Source of the DNA: Chrysomallon squamiferum
Lineage: Eukaryota; Animalia; Mollusca
Direction of reading: 5' to 3'
Length of the DNA stretch: 64,000 nucleotides
NCBI GenBank assembly: GCA_012295275.1
Contig: CM022672.1
Coordinates: forward strand, 13,268,001 to 13,332,000
Both the position numbers and the translations under genes were made by a program. The notes beneath the pieces are model-generated. The model was given only the letters and a program-made list of their open reading frames with translations, made no database searches and had not been told where the DNA came from. Each line of letters opens with the position of its first letter. The stretch's first letter is position 1. Positions 24,543 to 42,528 of this stretch are shown here, piece by piece.

Positions 24543-27500
24543 TATTATAGTATTATGTTGGCACGTTGATTAAAATAAAAATAAAAAATAAGTATTTGGA
24601 GAAGTTAGGACTGTATTTTTTCTGGAGGGATATATTTGCTATCTTTTAAAATTTAGTGTATAAACACTATTTCATTTTGTTATTAGGACTAAAAAACAGC
24701 ACGATGTTCTTAAGAAATTTCAAAACGACAGTTGTTACTGTTCATCTTACTCTATTATTTTGTGTGTGTGTGTGTGTATGTGTGTCAGAGGCAGATATTC
24801 TGGGTGTGTTAGATGTAGGTGTATGTGAATGCACCACTACTTTTACTACTGCACACCCATCAAGGACGATAAATTCATCATAAATATAAAATCAGTTCAT
24901 AATATAATCGTTGGTCTTATCAGTAAACTACTTTTATGAAATTGTTCTCAACACACCTGACAGCTAGTTGTATCATAATGTGGCACTGTGTTGATGGTGA
25001 GTTACTGGAGAGGAACAAAAATAAATGCCAAAAGGATGAGCAACATACCACAAGTGTATGTCACAGACACATACAGATACACACAAACAGACAGACAGAC
25101 AGATCTTATGTTTTACCTCACAGGCCTGGATGACTAACTTCACTGTTCCTGATGCAATATCATGTAGATCAGATTCTAATGCACATACTAAAATTCTACC
25201 ATGTATCATCTGGGAATCAGGAAGAAGATTTTCTCTTGATGCAAATCCTGAAATTTAAAGAGTTACAGTTTTTCAGATTGTAAAATTAATATATTTCAAA
25301 CATTTCAAATTACTGAAAGAGATTTTGTTAAAAATCCCCAAATCCACCAAGTTACCCATAAAAACAATAATAATTATGTTAAATGCTATCTTTTCTTCTT
25401 ATAAAATGCTATGGTTTAAATTGAAAATTATAAAAAAATTATTTTCTATAAAAATCAAAAAAATAAATAACACACTATTGTTATTAAAGATTTGCTAAAA
25501 TCTTTTACCTAATGTATATTGCATATCTTCTACCAGTGGTGTTGGTGTTTTAGGAATGTTAGCTAGTGGATTAACTGGCACAAAGCGTTGCTGAAATGTA
25601 TAAATTATTATCTTATTATTATTTAATACTTATACTGCATTTTAAATATATCCAATGAAGTCCAATGAAATTTCTAAAAATAACAATAATTTAAAAAAAT
25701 AAAAATAGGACATATTTATGACATTCATGATGCTGTGTCAAAATATTTATCAACTCATTAAAGTTAATATTTACCAGTATAAAAAATTAAGATATTTCTA
25801 ATCAACTACAATAGTGAAATTATGAAGTATGTTTCATCTTGGAACAAAATCTTTTATTTGCAGGCTCAGTGATTATTATTTAATAAAAACAAATTAAATC
25901 TTTAACGATCAGACATTTTTTAATTTCAATTAATATTTTCATGAATGGAACAAAGACCATTAATTTTTTTTTTTTTTTTTTTTTAAATAAAAGTAAGAAA
26001 TTTAATCACAGGAATAATAACAATAATAATAATTACAATCGCAGTAACAATAACAATAATAAGTCAAATCTTTCAATAAAGCATCCTTAAGCCTGTTGTC
26101 AACTTTATGTAGCACTTAGCTGTAATGAACTTAATACTCAAAAATGCTTGAGAAACTATTGTATTTCAACACTGAAATAATTAAAAATGAAATAACAACA
26201 ACAGTGAATTCTCACCTGAAGATTTGATCTGCCACCAGGAATTTTTCTTTTCAGTTTTCCTTTCTTTTGTAATTTGCTGCAGCTTGATGTGAGTATTGGT
26301 CGAGAAGGATCCTTGGTCACTGAAATCAACAGTACATTTTATATATATATATATATTTGTGTGTGTGTGTGTGCATATATGTATGTATGTATGTTGTGTG
26401 TACATGTGTGTGTGTATGTAATTTAAATACAAATAATTAATCTGATATAAAGTATACCTTTTGTTTCCCATACAAATAGCCTAAATATATAGTACACAAA
26501 AATTATTTTAAAATAATTGTTTTATTTTTATCTCTCAAATACTTTTTTAAACATTAAAACTGAAAGCTCCTGATATGAAAGTAGTAGATTTTTTGTCATT
26601 GTTTTAGGACATTACTAGTGAAGAGAAATGTAGAAAAATCCCTGAATGATTGAACATTTGCTCTTCTTTACCAAAGCAGAATCACATGAATAAAATAAAA
26701 CAATAACTTGGTAGAACATAGTGTATTTATATTATTTATTTGTACTAACACATTTCATTTTAATTAAATCATTCCTGATATTCATAAATAATAATTATTC
26801 CAAATTTGTGAATATAACATTTCAATGATCATCTTGATGAAATTTCACACTAATTATCAAAAACATAAACCACTTTGGTTGTCAAAATATATATTATTAT
26901 TTAACATACATGTATATACTGTTATTTCTTTATTCCAGTTGTTATCAGAAACCAGTTTTAAATTAAATGTGGTTTAGGTAGGATTTTATTAATAAAAAAT
27001 CAAGAGTACCTGAAGAGGAATTTAAAATCAAGAGTTTACAAAAGAAATTGGCTGGATAACATAGAACTATGTAATGATCTTTTGCTAAAAAATGTAAAAA
27101 TGGTCATGTAGGCATAATAATATTTTTACATATTATTTACTTTATCACTTGCTCTCCCACAATTTATAATAAGTTTAAAATCCTGAACATGGGTCTTACG
27201 GGAGCTAAGGACAACTGCAAACTGCAGTACTCTCCCCCAACTGTTGATTCATACACTCATAACGTGAATCATTTAACTTACTTGGAATAACTTTCGACTG
27301 ACATCGTGAAATTACAGCAAGAAGAAATTCATTATGAAGATGAACTGCAAAATAAAGTAAGTAGATTCTGATTATAAAATGTAACAGAAAAATTCTGTAA
27401 CATAAAAACCCAAACACCTTTATTAAAATTCGATTTTTTTCTTCTGATAATCAACAAACAACAGAGTTGCTTTTGATTAAAGCTTTCATTTCTTAATTTA

Positions 27501-28173
27501 ATTATTTTTAAGGATGTATATTTAAAGTTCATAAACAGATTTTTTTTTTTTAAATTTCTTTATTAATGACGTTTTAATACAAATCAGTAAGAAATGCTGC
27601 AAAGGTACCTGCATCAGTTGTAAGTAGTTTCCGAGCTTCCAAATCAAATTCTTCCTTAGAAATCTGCAAAATCAATAATAAAGAAAATCACTCAAAACTA
27701 ATTGTACTGAAATTTTTTAAGATGCATAATAGTATTATGTACATTTTACATTAAATTTGGAAAGTATATCTCTTAATTTAGTGATGAAAAACATGCCCTT
27801 TTTTCATATGTAAAATATTTTTATAACCATAAAAAAATATGTATTTATTTAGTTATATATATTTAAAAATGTTTTAAGTTTGATGATAATTACAATTTAT
27901 GAAGCAAAAATATCACAGATGTGCAGTTTATATATACATCATCATGTTACTATCAGTAAAATATTTTTCTAAAACATACCTGTTGTTTAAACCATGACTT
28001 CAAATTCTGCAAATACCTGTGAATAGCAAGAAGAAAAGACATCTCAAAAACAATTTAACAGTCAAAATCTACCATTAAACAGCATGCAGAGAATTTTTCA
28101 AAAGAATGTATGAAAATATATTCAACAATACATCAACATTTTCATTACCTGCCCACTCACACACACATGAACA

Positions 28174-28211
<38 letters not shown>

Positions 28212-30569
28212 AATACACATACACCACCCTTACATATCCATAATGATAAAAAACCATAAGACTGTATGTCTACTAGCTGATTTAAAATCCTTCATGCATA
28301 GTCATGGGAAAAGTTAGAATGGGAAATTGTCCAACAGATGTTTAAACAGATTTGTTCCTACAGTCATTCATGCCTTAAGCATGGGACCAGAATAAAATGA
28401 TATGCTTCTAAAGCTGGTTTTCTAAAAGCCCAATAAATGGTCTGGTTTGTATATTAATTTAACTTTGTGATAAAACACACATAATCACTTGTCTGACATG
28501 CAACATTTTAGCAAATTCAAAATAAAAGCATTAAGAATAGCTATGACATGCTAATGACCTGCACATATGAAAATAATCATGGTTGTAAAATGTATTTAAA
28601 AAAAAAAATTATTTTAACATAATTTATTTTAATTTTTAATTTGTTAATTTCTAAAAAAAAATTGTTGCCAACAAATTTATATTATAAATATTTATTAATT
28701 GTTGTAGTATAAGATTAATATTTTAATTAATTAATGCAGTCAAGTAGTTATAATTTTTTTAAATTGATATATTTTGCCTATATTTTGCCTATATCAAATG
28801 GTCAAATTTTTTTTATCCACCTAAAGATCTTGTATATAAAATTAGTTAATGTATACAATCCACTTAGTGGTAGCAAAATCCAATTTATTCCACCAAGCAG
28901 CTGATAAAACAGCTGTTGCAGATTAATAATCATCTGTCAACAGATGTACACTATCTAACTGTTGTTAGTTTGTATAAAATTATCTAGTCTAATAACTTGG
29001 TATTTAATTCCAGGCTAAATCATGTGATGTCTATGCATGGAACAGACATAATGAACTATTTTTTGCTCTCACAAATATATATATATATAAAATATAAAAT
29101 AAAATAAAATAAAATTCTCATTAACATATATGCACACAAACATATATAGAAAACAAAAACTATTAAATGAAATATTTAAATAAAGTTATCACATACACTT
29201 GAAATAATAATTAAAAAAGTAAAATAATATAAAAAAATAAATAAAATAAAAAATGAAATAAAAATAAAATATCTAGACATATAACACTCAGATTTTCAAA
29301 TACATTAACGTCTAACATTCAGTTTTGTTTTTTTAAATTTAAGTTATTTCATTCTTATGCCTTTGAAAATTTATATCAGTATTTTTATTTTTTATTATTT
29401 TTTCAAACATTTTATATATAATTTAAAACAGCATACATAATTTACTGTTCTAATCAGTGCCCGCTGGCTGAATCTAATATAGCAATTAGAATGGTCATGC
29501 TTGGCCATGCTTGGCTATAAAATCACACATCCTCTCTGCACCACCCAGTTTATTTCCCATTCTACAATATACAAATACTAATTCAATACTAAATACTATT
29601 TCTAAAATTATCTAAATAATACGATTATTTATAAATACGTGTTTTTCTTTAATCATGTCATATAGTTTGTTCATTGTTTGCTAGATCAAACAAGAATATG
29701 ACATCCCCCACACCTAAAAGAAAAATACTACCATATATTTTGAAATGCTTTGAAAATTCTCCACAGCTTCCCCCCCCCATCCAGAATATGTTAAAGTGAC
29801 ATTACCATGCACTGAAACCTTGGTACTTTTATCTTAAGATCTGAATCACATTCTAAAATTCTCAAATATATATGATTTATCCTTACAGTGGATAGACTGG
29901 TATGAAAATTATTCTTGCAAAAAATATAAACAATGACAGATGTGTGATGCATTTTTGTTTAATTTCTACGTTAACTTATTTCTACTGCTGAATATACTGG
30001 GATATAAGTTAGAAAATAATGATCAGTTAACAATTCTTATTTTTATTCATTTCTCGTAACTCAACAATATATATATATATATATATAATCAAATTGTTTA
30101 TTGAAATTAAATGACATAGAACTGTTGTTGTTTTGTTTTTTTTTCTCCAGGAAAAAGTAAAATAACAATAAATTGAATAATGCTAATGCATGACAATAAG
30201 ATTGTCACAGTGACTATGTCAGTGACTTTAAGTCTGTAATCGGTTTTATATTTTTAATTAATTATTCAACAGTTCATTGTTCGGTTTATTTATTTACTTA
30301 TTTATTTACTATTTTTAACCATGTTCTAGCCATTAATTTCTAAAATCTACTCGTTCTTATTTCCAGCAGCCTTAAAATTTCAATGTTTTATGGTATTACA
30401 TAAATTCACAAAGACATAATTCTTATAAATATATATAATATAGATATATAATTTAAAATGTATGTGGTATAGTTAATTAATCAGAACATCAAGCGTACAA
30501 TTTCATCGAATCTCCTAGAGCTTCAGACAAATTCTTTCTTGCCGAATTAATATCTATAACAGCAGCCAT
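22995..30569 (-). CDS. TADA1: Transcriptional adapter 1 (SAGA subunit ADA1/STAF42), ~339 aa
   Basis: Minus-strand exons: 30569-30499, 28016-27980, 27663-27609, 27344-27282, 26319-26216, 25590-25509, 25247-25117, 24328-24180, 23573-23414, 23162-22995, all phase-consistent. N-terminus [70 protein letters not shown] and C-terminal IPSHAVYAPAVERAIHKLWHPSRDEL match TADA1. Confidence 0.93.
28176..28204. repeat. (AC)n microsatellite
   Basis: Direct inspection; lies in TADA1 intron 1. Confidence 0.9.
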
Positions 30570-30987
30570 TATCCTCGTTTCGTTTCTTTTTTATTGTCTA
30601 ATCTACAATGTATCGGAAAGATGCGGAAATTGGCGAAAGAAAAATGAAACAGTATTTGAGTACGTGGCATAATAGGCTGTCACAATCACCTCCCTCTTAT
30701 GAATATAAATTAGCTCTTTATAATATTAAAAGAAAATTAATATTATTAAGCTACACTGAATAAACAAAATATTTTATTTTAGATTTATAGAATGATTGTG
30801 TTTTAAAAACAATATTTCATTTCCTTGTTAAATGTAGTTTTACTTCAAATTAATAATATTTGAATATCGAGGGATGATGTCCAGGATACGTAATAGCAGA
30901 AGTTCATGCGTCTTCTACTTCCGGTCATAGCGGGTAACAAGTTTTACGTGGCCAAGTTAGCCGAACATATCGGCAATTTGTGGCACC
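30570..30987. promoter_or_regulatory. Bidirectional promoter TADA1/SURF4
   Basis: Divergent ATGs 418 bp apart with local CpG enrichment. ETS/GABP ACTTCCGG at 30917-30924; TACGTGGC at 30661-30668 and 30945-30952. Confidence 0.7.
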
Positions 30988-33939
<2,952 letters not shown>

Positions 33940-36900
33940 TTTAACAAACTTTTAGCACATTTTATGAGGACATTTAAGTCATTTGCTTGTTATGTGGGCT
34001 TGCCGAGTCCTTTCCCAGCATGTTGTTGGCCATTTAATAGAGACTGACAGATTTAAGGAAAAATAATAGTAATTACTGTGTTTTTTTTGGGGTCAGAAAA
34101 TATCACATAAGTGATAATAACTTTGAGTTGGTCATAATTTGAATTAATCTATTATTTTTGGCTGCAAAGTATGAATCTACAAGTGGACCATACTTGTACA
34201 AAGTTGTAGAGAATGAGTATAAATTTTGTTGTTTTATTTGCTTATTTAATTAAATCTATTATAGTAGTTGGTATAAACTATATTGATAAAATACAAGGCA
34301 TCAAGTTTTTCCGATCATAAACAACATGAATATATTGGTAGAACCTTCTACCTAAAATAATGACTGTCTTCCTTATTGTTTTTTCAGTCATGTATAACCA
34401 CTGTAATTTTCGCTTGCTCTTTTCAAGGTCAATTTCATTAAACTACATTAATATGTGAAAAAAATTCTTAAAATCTTGTTAAAATTCACAGTAGCACTTT
34501 TTAGCCAAATTGTCTAGAAGCCTTTGGAAATGTAAAATAATCTTATCATATTTTTTATTTTTTAATTGAATCTTGAAGCAACATATATCTAAGTTACGCT
34601 TTTAGATGATTTTAATATCATTTTGAAGTGTTGTGCAACAGGATTCGGCATACAGTTTGGTTTGAATTGGTACATGGATTGTTTGCAAGTTTACTTAACT
34701 AGAACCACTGTTAACATTAATGTATGAAGCAAAAACATTAAAATGTTTGCAGTACAATAACTTTTTGAAAATCTGAATAAATGCATATCCTGTATTACAA
34801 TGCTGAGACTGTTTTATTTTTGATACAGTTTGATCAGTCCTGAATCCTGGATTTATTGAAATAGAGAATTAGGGACATTAAATAATTTATCTGTAGTTTG
34901 AACTATTGATATATCACACAGAAAGAAAAGTTACTTCAGTTTTTATTTTTAAGGGTGGGGTGTGTGAGGTTTATAAAAACATTTTTGTCAAATACTCCAT
35001 AATCATTTTTTGTTTATGCTCTTGAATAAATGGTTTTATAACACATAATAATTGACACGGTGTTGTTTTTTTTAATTAAAAAATTATTTGTTTTGTGGTG
35101 TAGCTGAAGACTCATTACAAAAAGATGTTTTATTGTACTTAAAACCAGCGACATGATACACTTTTGTACAATTTATAATATAAGTGTTTATGTATTGTGT
35201 TGTGTAACAAGTTTAGATATTGTCAAATTGATAAAAATTACAATGCATTGCTGATTTCCTTCTGTATAGTAAACATCTGAAATGAAGCCTCTTAAATTTA
35301 ACAACTTTTTCATTTTAGCCAGTAGTCGCATTGCTCATTTTGTCTAATAATTACCATGTTCATTTGAGGTATATTTTGAAACTGTAACAACAAACTGCTG
35401 TTTTATATTATGCTTTATGAATTGTGTTTAACTTAACCTTTTTCTCCAATAATTGCATAATGATCTTAATTTGTAAGAATCCATTTGTATACATTATATG
35501 CTTACCTTATCAACAAGAAGATCCTTTTGTGAAAAGTTTGTTGCTTTTAGAAAGATTATAAACTGGATGGAAACAAAACTAATTTTTGGTATTCAGGTAA
35601 AGAACAGACTGAAGCAAAAGTTTATATTTGAAGATAAATTGTCAAAGTTAGGCAGACATACGAATAGCGTTTATATACATAAATAAACACTAGTATTTTG
35701 TTAGTATAAATTAATATACATTTAAATGGTTATTTTTGGTTTTGTTAGGGAGAAAGACCAACTGGTTTTTTTTTTTGTTTTTTTTTATGAATGAATCTGA
35801 CTGCCAAAACCTGATGTGGAAAGTATGTTGTCACTGTTGGTCACATGTTAAATCAGTAATTCATTCTGTTTTTCAAACCAATATGCATTCATATTCATTT
35901 TGTCTTTTTAAATTAGTCAATATATATTTTTTTAGTTTATTATATAAATACATATTTATATTATGCGCCTCCCATGCCCCTTCTTTCAGTTTTGATAGTT
36001 TTAGGTGTTAATCATGCATTTAGAAAGAATAATTTTTAATCAAAAATATTTTTATTAAATTGCATTTTATTTTATTTTTTCAGACTGTTTGTGTGGTGTA
36101 ATGCCGTGAAATTGATATGACTTGTTTATTAAAATGTCAGTTGTTTCTTCCATGACTTTTTTTTTTATTATTATTATATTTCTTAAATTTAAAGATTATA
36201 TTCTGTTTTGTGAACCATAATTCTCATGTATTAGTATGTATTATTATTATTTTTTTTATATTATTATTATTATTTTTTAACAACCATTCTACAGCTTAAT
36301 TCAGTCAGATGTCTTATTGCAACAGTTGGAGTAAAGAATGTTATTGATTTGTCTTGTGTGTGCTTTTAGATAACACTGACGTGTTACATTTTCATTTGTT
36401 GTGTTGTTGACAGATATAGTCTATATTTCAACAACTAGAATAATTCACTCGGTTCTATTTACTTTTGTGTGTGTAAACACAATGTAACAAAAAACAACCT
36501 GTTGTACATTGTGTATGTATATGTGAACATAGATTTGATGTCGTATAATGAAACTAAATTTCTGTCTTGTTAAAATATATATAAATATATTCAGTGTACT
36601 CAGTTCGGCTGGCTGTTGTTATAGGATTGCATGTTTAATGGTTTTGGTCTTTTCCATTTTATTAGAAAAAATTATGAAAATAGTTGTCTTATCTGTATTG
36701 GTGGGGAAAATATATTGTAAGTTATTTATTAAAGTAATATTGCCTTTCGTTACACTCTTTGTAGTTTTTCAACACGGTGCATAATACAATCAAAAAATAA
36801 ACCCATTGGAAATAAAATTGTTTCAGAAAATATATCTTATATTGATTGAAATTATATGAGTATGCATTTGGTATTAAAATGCTAAAGACATTCGTTTTGT

Positions 36901-39900
36901 AAAATAATGATATGAAGTTGGGATATTCGGTGCTTAGTTAAGTCACTTAATCTGATGAAAATGGTATTCTTAAGAAGAAAACCAAGCACAAATGTCATAA
37001 ATGTAAGAATTATAAAAAATGATTTTGTTATCCGACACTTATTTTAAGATAATGGTAAATGTCTGTAAGTATTAAATTTTCTAAAAAAAACATTTTCTTT
37101 GACAATATTGCTGCTATCTTGTATCCTGGTGGAGTTACCTTCCATCTTTTTCAAAGAATCTGATTGCAAGAAATAAGTAATTACAACAACAAACGTTTTA
37201 ATGAAACAATGCCATTTGAAGTGTTCGCCGATTATTCATTTTTTATTTATGACTACACTGTGTCCTTTTTACTTTTCTGTGCATCTGGATGTTTGTTAGG
37301 TAAATAAAAAGTAAGTGATTTGTTCTTGTTACTTGTCTCTTCTGTATAAATGTTATTCAGTTATTAATTACATTTAAAACAAAATAAATAATAATCTCAC
37401 AACTTGTTTCAATTTATTTACTTGTCCATTTGACATTTCTGAGATTACTAATACCAAATTTTTTAATTTTGATTTTAAATGTGAAATTGCTAAAATGAAA
37501 GAGGATACAATGTTAATATTCTAAAAAATAATTATATTCCCACCTGTATGTTAAAATATTTGTTTAAAATGAATAAAAACATATTGTTTAGTTGTCAGTT
37601 ATTTGCTATGCTATTTATTTAGTTTTCATAAAATATCTGTTTAAAGGAATTGTGTAAAAATGAACTAAAAATTGTGTTTTCCCCAGTTGAATTTTTCTTT
37701 AATTCTCAATATTTGTGAACAGAAATAGAATGAATAAATATGACTAAATACTACATTAGAAAATTATCTACAATCCATAACATTTCATACTGAAAAATTG
37801 ACGTCTCATTTAGAAGTAAATGCATATATGTGAATATACACAAGCACGCATGCACACATATGCAGTAAAAAATTGATACAGTTAAATACATTTTCTAGCA
37901 CCAGCATAATATCAAGAAATACAATAATTTAAATGATGTAAGACATTTATTATCTTGTCCCAATGAACAAATTCTAAAACAATATTTCATCTGACAGAAT
38001 TCACAATTTTCTAAACAGTAAACTTTTTGTTAGTGTAAATAAACTCACATAAAAAGCAATAAATTAAGTAACCATGATTTTTTTTTTATTAATAATATTT
38101 ATTTAAAGTAAAAAAAAAAGAATATTTTTTTTAACATTTGTTTTCTTCTTTAAGTGTATCTAAAAAAAGTATCACAATAAAATGTTTCTGCAGTAGAGAA
38201 AAAAAGACAAATCATGAAGCTGAACATTATAATACATCACAAGATTATTTTAAAAAACCTAATAATATACAGCCAAATAATGCCACCAGTTACTGATACA
38301 ATGATCCAGTTTTTATCTTCCATTATTTACACAGTAAGAGTCTAAATATACACCTACTTATGACCCTGGATGCAGAATCGGGGATTAAGTCAACTTTAGA
38401 ACTATCAATAAAAAATGTTATACTTCAGTTTTAAAACCACCAGAAAAAATACTGCATGGTTTTATGTTCAATATCTTGACTGTGAATGTTTGATTGCCGA
38501 GGACATTATCTCTCAACATTGTTTTCTGACATTCAACTAGGTGTATCTATACATTGAAATGGGAGAGGTATCAAAACAAAGTTTATAACATAAGGAATGC
38601 GAGGATTTACCTCACCCAAAAAGTTACTTAATACCTGATTTGATATATACAGGGCCACACACATTCCCGATCATTCATGACATAAGGCATGTGCAAAATC
38701 ACCTTACTGTTAAATCATATGACTAGAATGACAGAGGCAGTGCTTTTACCCCTGTCATCTCTGCAAGAACATTTATCACAAACAGGTCTGTATATACAAT
38801 CACACAGCAACTGTCTAGGTCATTTGAACTTACTTAATCTTTACTTCAATATTAAAACCACAGTGATATTTATTTTTTAATTGTTTAAAAATAGTAATAA
38901 TAATAAATGAAGTAAGAAATGTCTGAAAGGGTTATTTTGGATCTATAATCATCTATGGAGAGAAAAAATCCATCAACTTATGCTAGAAAATATCTATAAA
39001 TGACAATAGCACGATACACTAAAAAATAATATTAAATGCATAAATGTAATGTTAATTTGCACAATTTATGTGATTAAAAAAATAATAAAAATAAATAAAC
39101 TTTAACATGCAAATAAATCTGCAAGGAAATAAATTTTTGCCTGATGATAATATTACTAACCTGAATCAGATTTTAATAAACACTTCTTTACTTAATATAT
39201 ATCAATTGTATATACTGCTTGAGCTTAAACATTAATTGGCCAAAACACACAATATCGTAAAGCATTAAGAGTTATATACACACCCATGTATAATAGTTCT
39301 TTTATTAATTTTGAAAATTATAATTTAAAAATTTAAAAATCAGATAGATAAAAATTATATTTTGAATCATACATTTTCTGTCGGAATTGAGAATAAATAA
39401 GTATTAAATTAATTTACAGACAGTAAAGCTGAATGTAAATATGTGAAAATTTCAAAAATCCCACAATGAATAATAGAAAACAAATAATAATAATAATAAT
39501 AAAATAAAATAAAATAAAATAAATAAATAACTGAAAAAAAAAAAAAATATATATAGCTAAATTAAATTTGAAATGCAGCGATACATTTAAGTTATTAAAA
39601 TAACAGATTTGTCTTGTTTACAATAAACCATAAATAAAAATGATTATAATAAGCACTTCTTTAAACTAATTAATGGAAGCAAGCAAACTTTTTTATTAAA
39701 CAAAATACATTTTTAAAGCTAATTTATTTCAAAAGGTGATGCAATATTTGCCAACATCAAACTGTATCAAAATTTGTTTCCGTTTAAAATGGAAAAATAT
39801 ATATATATTTTTTTTATATATATATTTTTTTTTTTGTGAAGAATGCTTGCCCAATAAGATGGTGTACAAAAAACAAAATAATTCTGTCGGAATCAAATCA

Positions 39901-40535
39901 TCTTGATCAAAATTTGTGAGAACAATATCCTGTAACAAAACAGTGCCATGGAACTAAAAAAATGATCAAGTCAGTAAGTATCAACACCCAGCTCTAGTCA
40001 AGAACTATTTTAAATTTTTGGTTGGGATAAGATATGGTAATGAAGTCAAAATTGGTCTGTGGCCACGTTTCTGGTGTAGTGAAAACTAGATGCATCTTAA
40101 CATTGACACATCTTTAACAGCTAGACTGCAAACTGCCCCACATCAACAGCTACAACAAGCAATCTGCTTTGATTATTTTTACAAATACAAATATATCTTA
40201 TACAAGCAATATTCATACACAAGTGTACAGAATGTGTATGAAAAAATATCAAATATATAGATATATATATATATATACCTTTTCAATATATGTTCCTTTT
40301 GTGACTGGGTCAGTGGCTGTTTTTAGCTTTTCAGCTAGCCATAAAACACCTAGCCATCATCTCTATTTCTTTTGTGTTTTTTCTAGGCTACAGATTGAAA
40401 GCGTAAAAGAATAATATAAATCTGTTGAAAATTCTCAGCCTCTGACTCAGACTGTGGTAGTCTATGATATAAAGATTTAAAAAACAAACAAAAAAAAGAG
40501 AACTGATATATATCAATGAAAACTATAAAGTCATG

Positions 40536-41663
40536 TTAACTTGTGCCATTTTCTGCGCCTGGTTGCTGAGGACTGGCTTGCACTGGTGGCATTAACACTG
40601 CACGAAGTAACTGGTTTAGATGAGCCACTTCTGGGTCCTGGCGTTCATAAAGTTTCAGTGCCTGTGTAAATCGAATGATTCCTGTAACAAAACAAAAATG
40701 TTAAAAATAACATTATCATTTCTAACACTTTTATTTAAAAAAGGCTTTTGTATCTTATATTGAATAATTCGTGTAAAAAGAAATGAGTTGTTAAAAATAT
40801 ATATAATAATTTCTAGTAGTCTTACGTTTAGATCTAAAAGCTTCAGTATCTTAAACTGAATGATTTCAGGAAATTTTTTTTAAATATAACATAATTATCT
40901 CCACTACAGCCATATTTTTAGATATAAAAGCTTCAGTATCTTTTAATGCTCTGAAAACTGATTTTACACATTTCTAATGCTGATAGTAAACACTTTCACC
41001 AATTACTTGAGATAGGAATGGTTCACAGAATACCACTATTTGTGTAGTCAGCTCTAAATATTTAGTTGATTATTTTATAAAGGCATATTTTTTTTAGTTA
41101 GCATTTAGAAAATTACCATCCCCATCTCCTCTGAATCCATATTTTTCTATAATCTCCATTTCTATCTGTGTTGCTACAGGAAAGACAATTTGCATAGTTT
41201 TGAGCATATCATTTCCTGCATTGTCTCTTGCCTCTTCCAAACGGACAGCATTTTCAGGCTGTTTGAAAGCTTTTAACAAGTCTTCTAGGACAGCTGAAGT
41301 AATTCAAAATTTACAATTATAAAAGAAATAATAATTTTACATGTTGTATTATATTGATTTTGAAAGTTTTTTTCTTCTTTATGTTAACATTATGAGCTAT
41401 CATTATTTGTTTTCTTTCTAAATTTATTCTCAAATGAAGTTTGTAAACTTTACTTTATTTATTATTTTACTTTTTATTTTATTTTATTTAATATTATTAT
41501 TTTGTTGTTTTTTCCCAAAAAACATTTTGCCATCTAAAGACCCAAAAGCTCATAATTATTAATCAGTTGTTTTGTTATTTTTTAAATTACTAGAAAATTT
41601 TAGCAAATAAAGTTAAGTTCTGTAATTAGGCTTCAAAATTAAAAAATTCATGACAAGAAATAA

Positions 41664-41715
<52 letters not shown>

Positions 41716-42072
41716 TTATATTAATAGAATATTTTCAATGGATACTCTCAACACATCTATTTAATTCACATTTCAGTATCACTGTAATTAAAGAGTAAAG
41801 AAATATGACAAAACTGAAAAATAAAAACATTTTTTTTAAAAATGAGCACAAGTGACTTTAAGTCTGAATTGAAGAGCATTAGATTATAAGTGATTATAAA
41901 TGAAAATTAACTGTAATCCTTTCAAATAGAGTTTGGTCAGATATTTTCATTTTTATGTTGTACTCCCTCTTAGATTAATATATAAATGATACTGAGAATA
42001 ATTAGGTAAAAAGTATTAAAATATTCCACCTCTACAATCTTCAACAGTAAACTGATTCATGGAGGTTGCCAT
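40536..42072 (-). CDS. C12orf57: Protein C10 (C12orf57/GRCC10 ortholog), ~121 aa
   Basis: Minus-strand exons 42072-42030, 41293-41117, 40681-40536. Sequence AFKQPENAVRLEEARDNAGNDMLKTMQIVFPVATQIEMEIIEKYGFRGDGDGIIRFTQALKLYERQDPEVAHL matches the C10 family. Exon 1 donor (GTGGAA) is weak. Confidence 0.92.
41666..41711. repeat. (AC)n microsatellite
   Basis: Direct inspection. Confidence 0.9.
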
Positions 42073-42528
42073 ATTTTACAGTAGTAAAAAAGCGATAAAT
42101 CTGTTCGATAAATTATAAGCTATATCTAACATAAGCTCACATATACCGATCGCAGATATAAATTATAATATTTATAAATTATAAATATAAATTTTAATGA
42201 CAGAAAATAATTATGTTTTGTGAATTATAAAATGTTATAATTATGGACTGGTTGTTAGAATATTTTGGCGTTCAATTCCGATGCTCGTCCAAAACATGAT
42301 TACATTGAAAATAGTTTGGACGTTATTAAAAGACGTGTTTGTTCATGAATAAAAATTTATTATATTTTGTGAGTTAATATATTTTATATTACATATCATT
42401 TATTTTATTTTTCTATTTATTATTATTTTTAAAACAGATCCATATGCATAATAAAAATTCCGGCGTTTAGGTCTTTCATCAGTTTGGCAGGATCCATACA
42501 TTTACGAAAAACCAGTCTATTTCACATC
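42073..42528. promoter_or_regulatory. Bidirectional promoter C12orf57/eIF3g
   Basis: Divergent ATGs ~456 bp apart with local CpG enrichment. ETS-like ATTCCGG at 42457-42463, followed by a pyrimidine TCT-like initiator candidate GTCTTTCATC at 42471-42480. Confidence 0.65.

Noticed and set aside
42073-42528. U7 snRNA next to C12orf57, as in human
   Set aside because: No AATTTGTCTAG Sm site plus 3' hairpin found in this interval.
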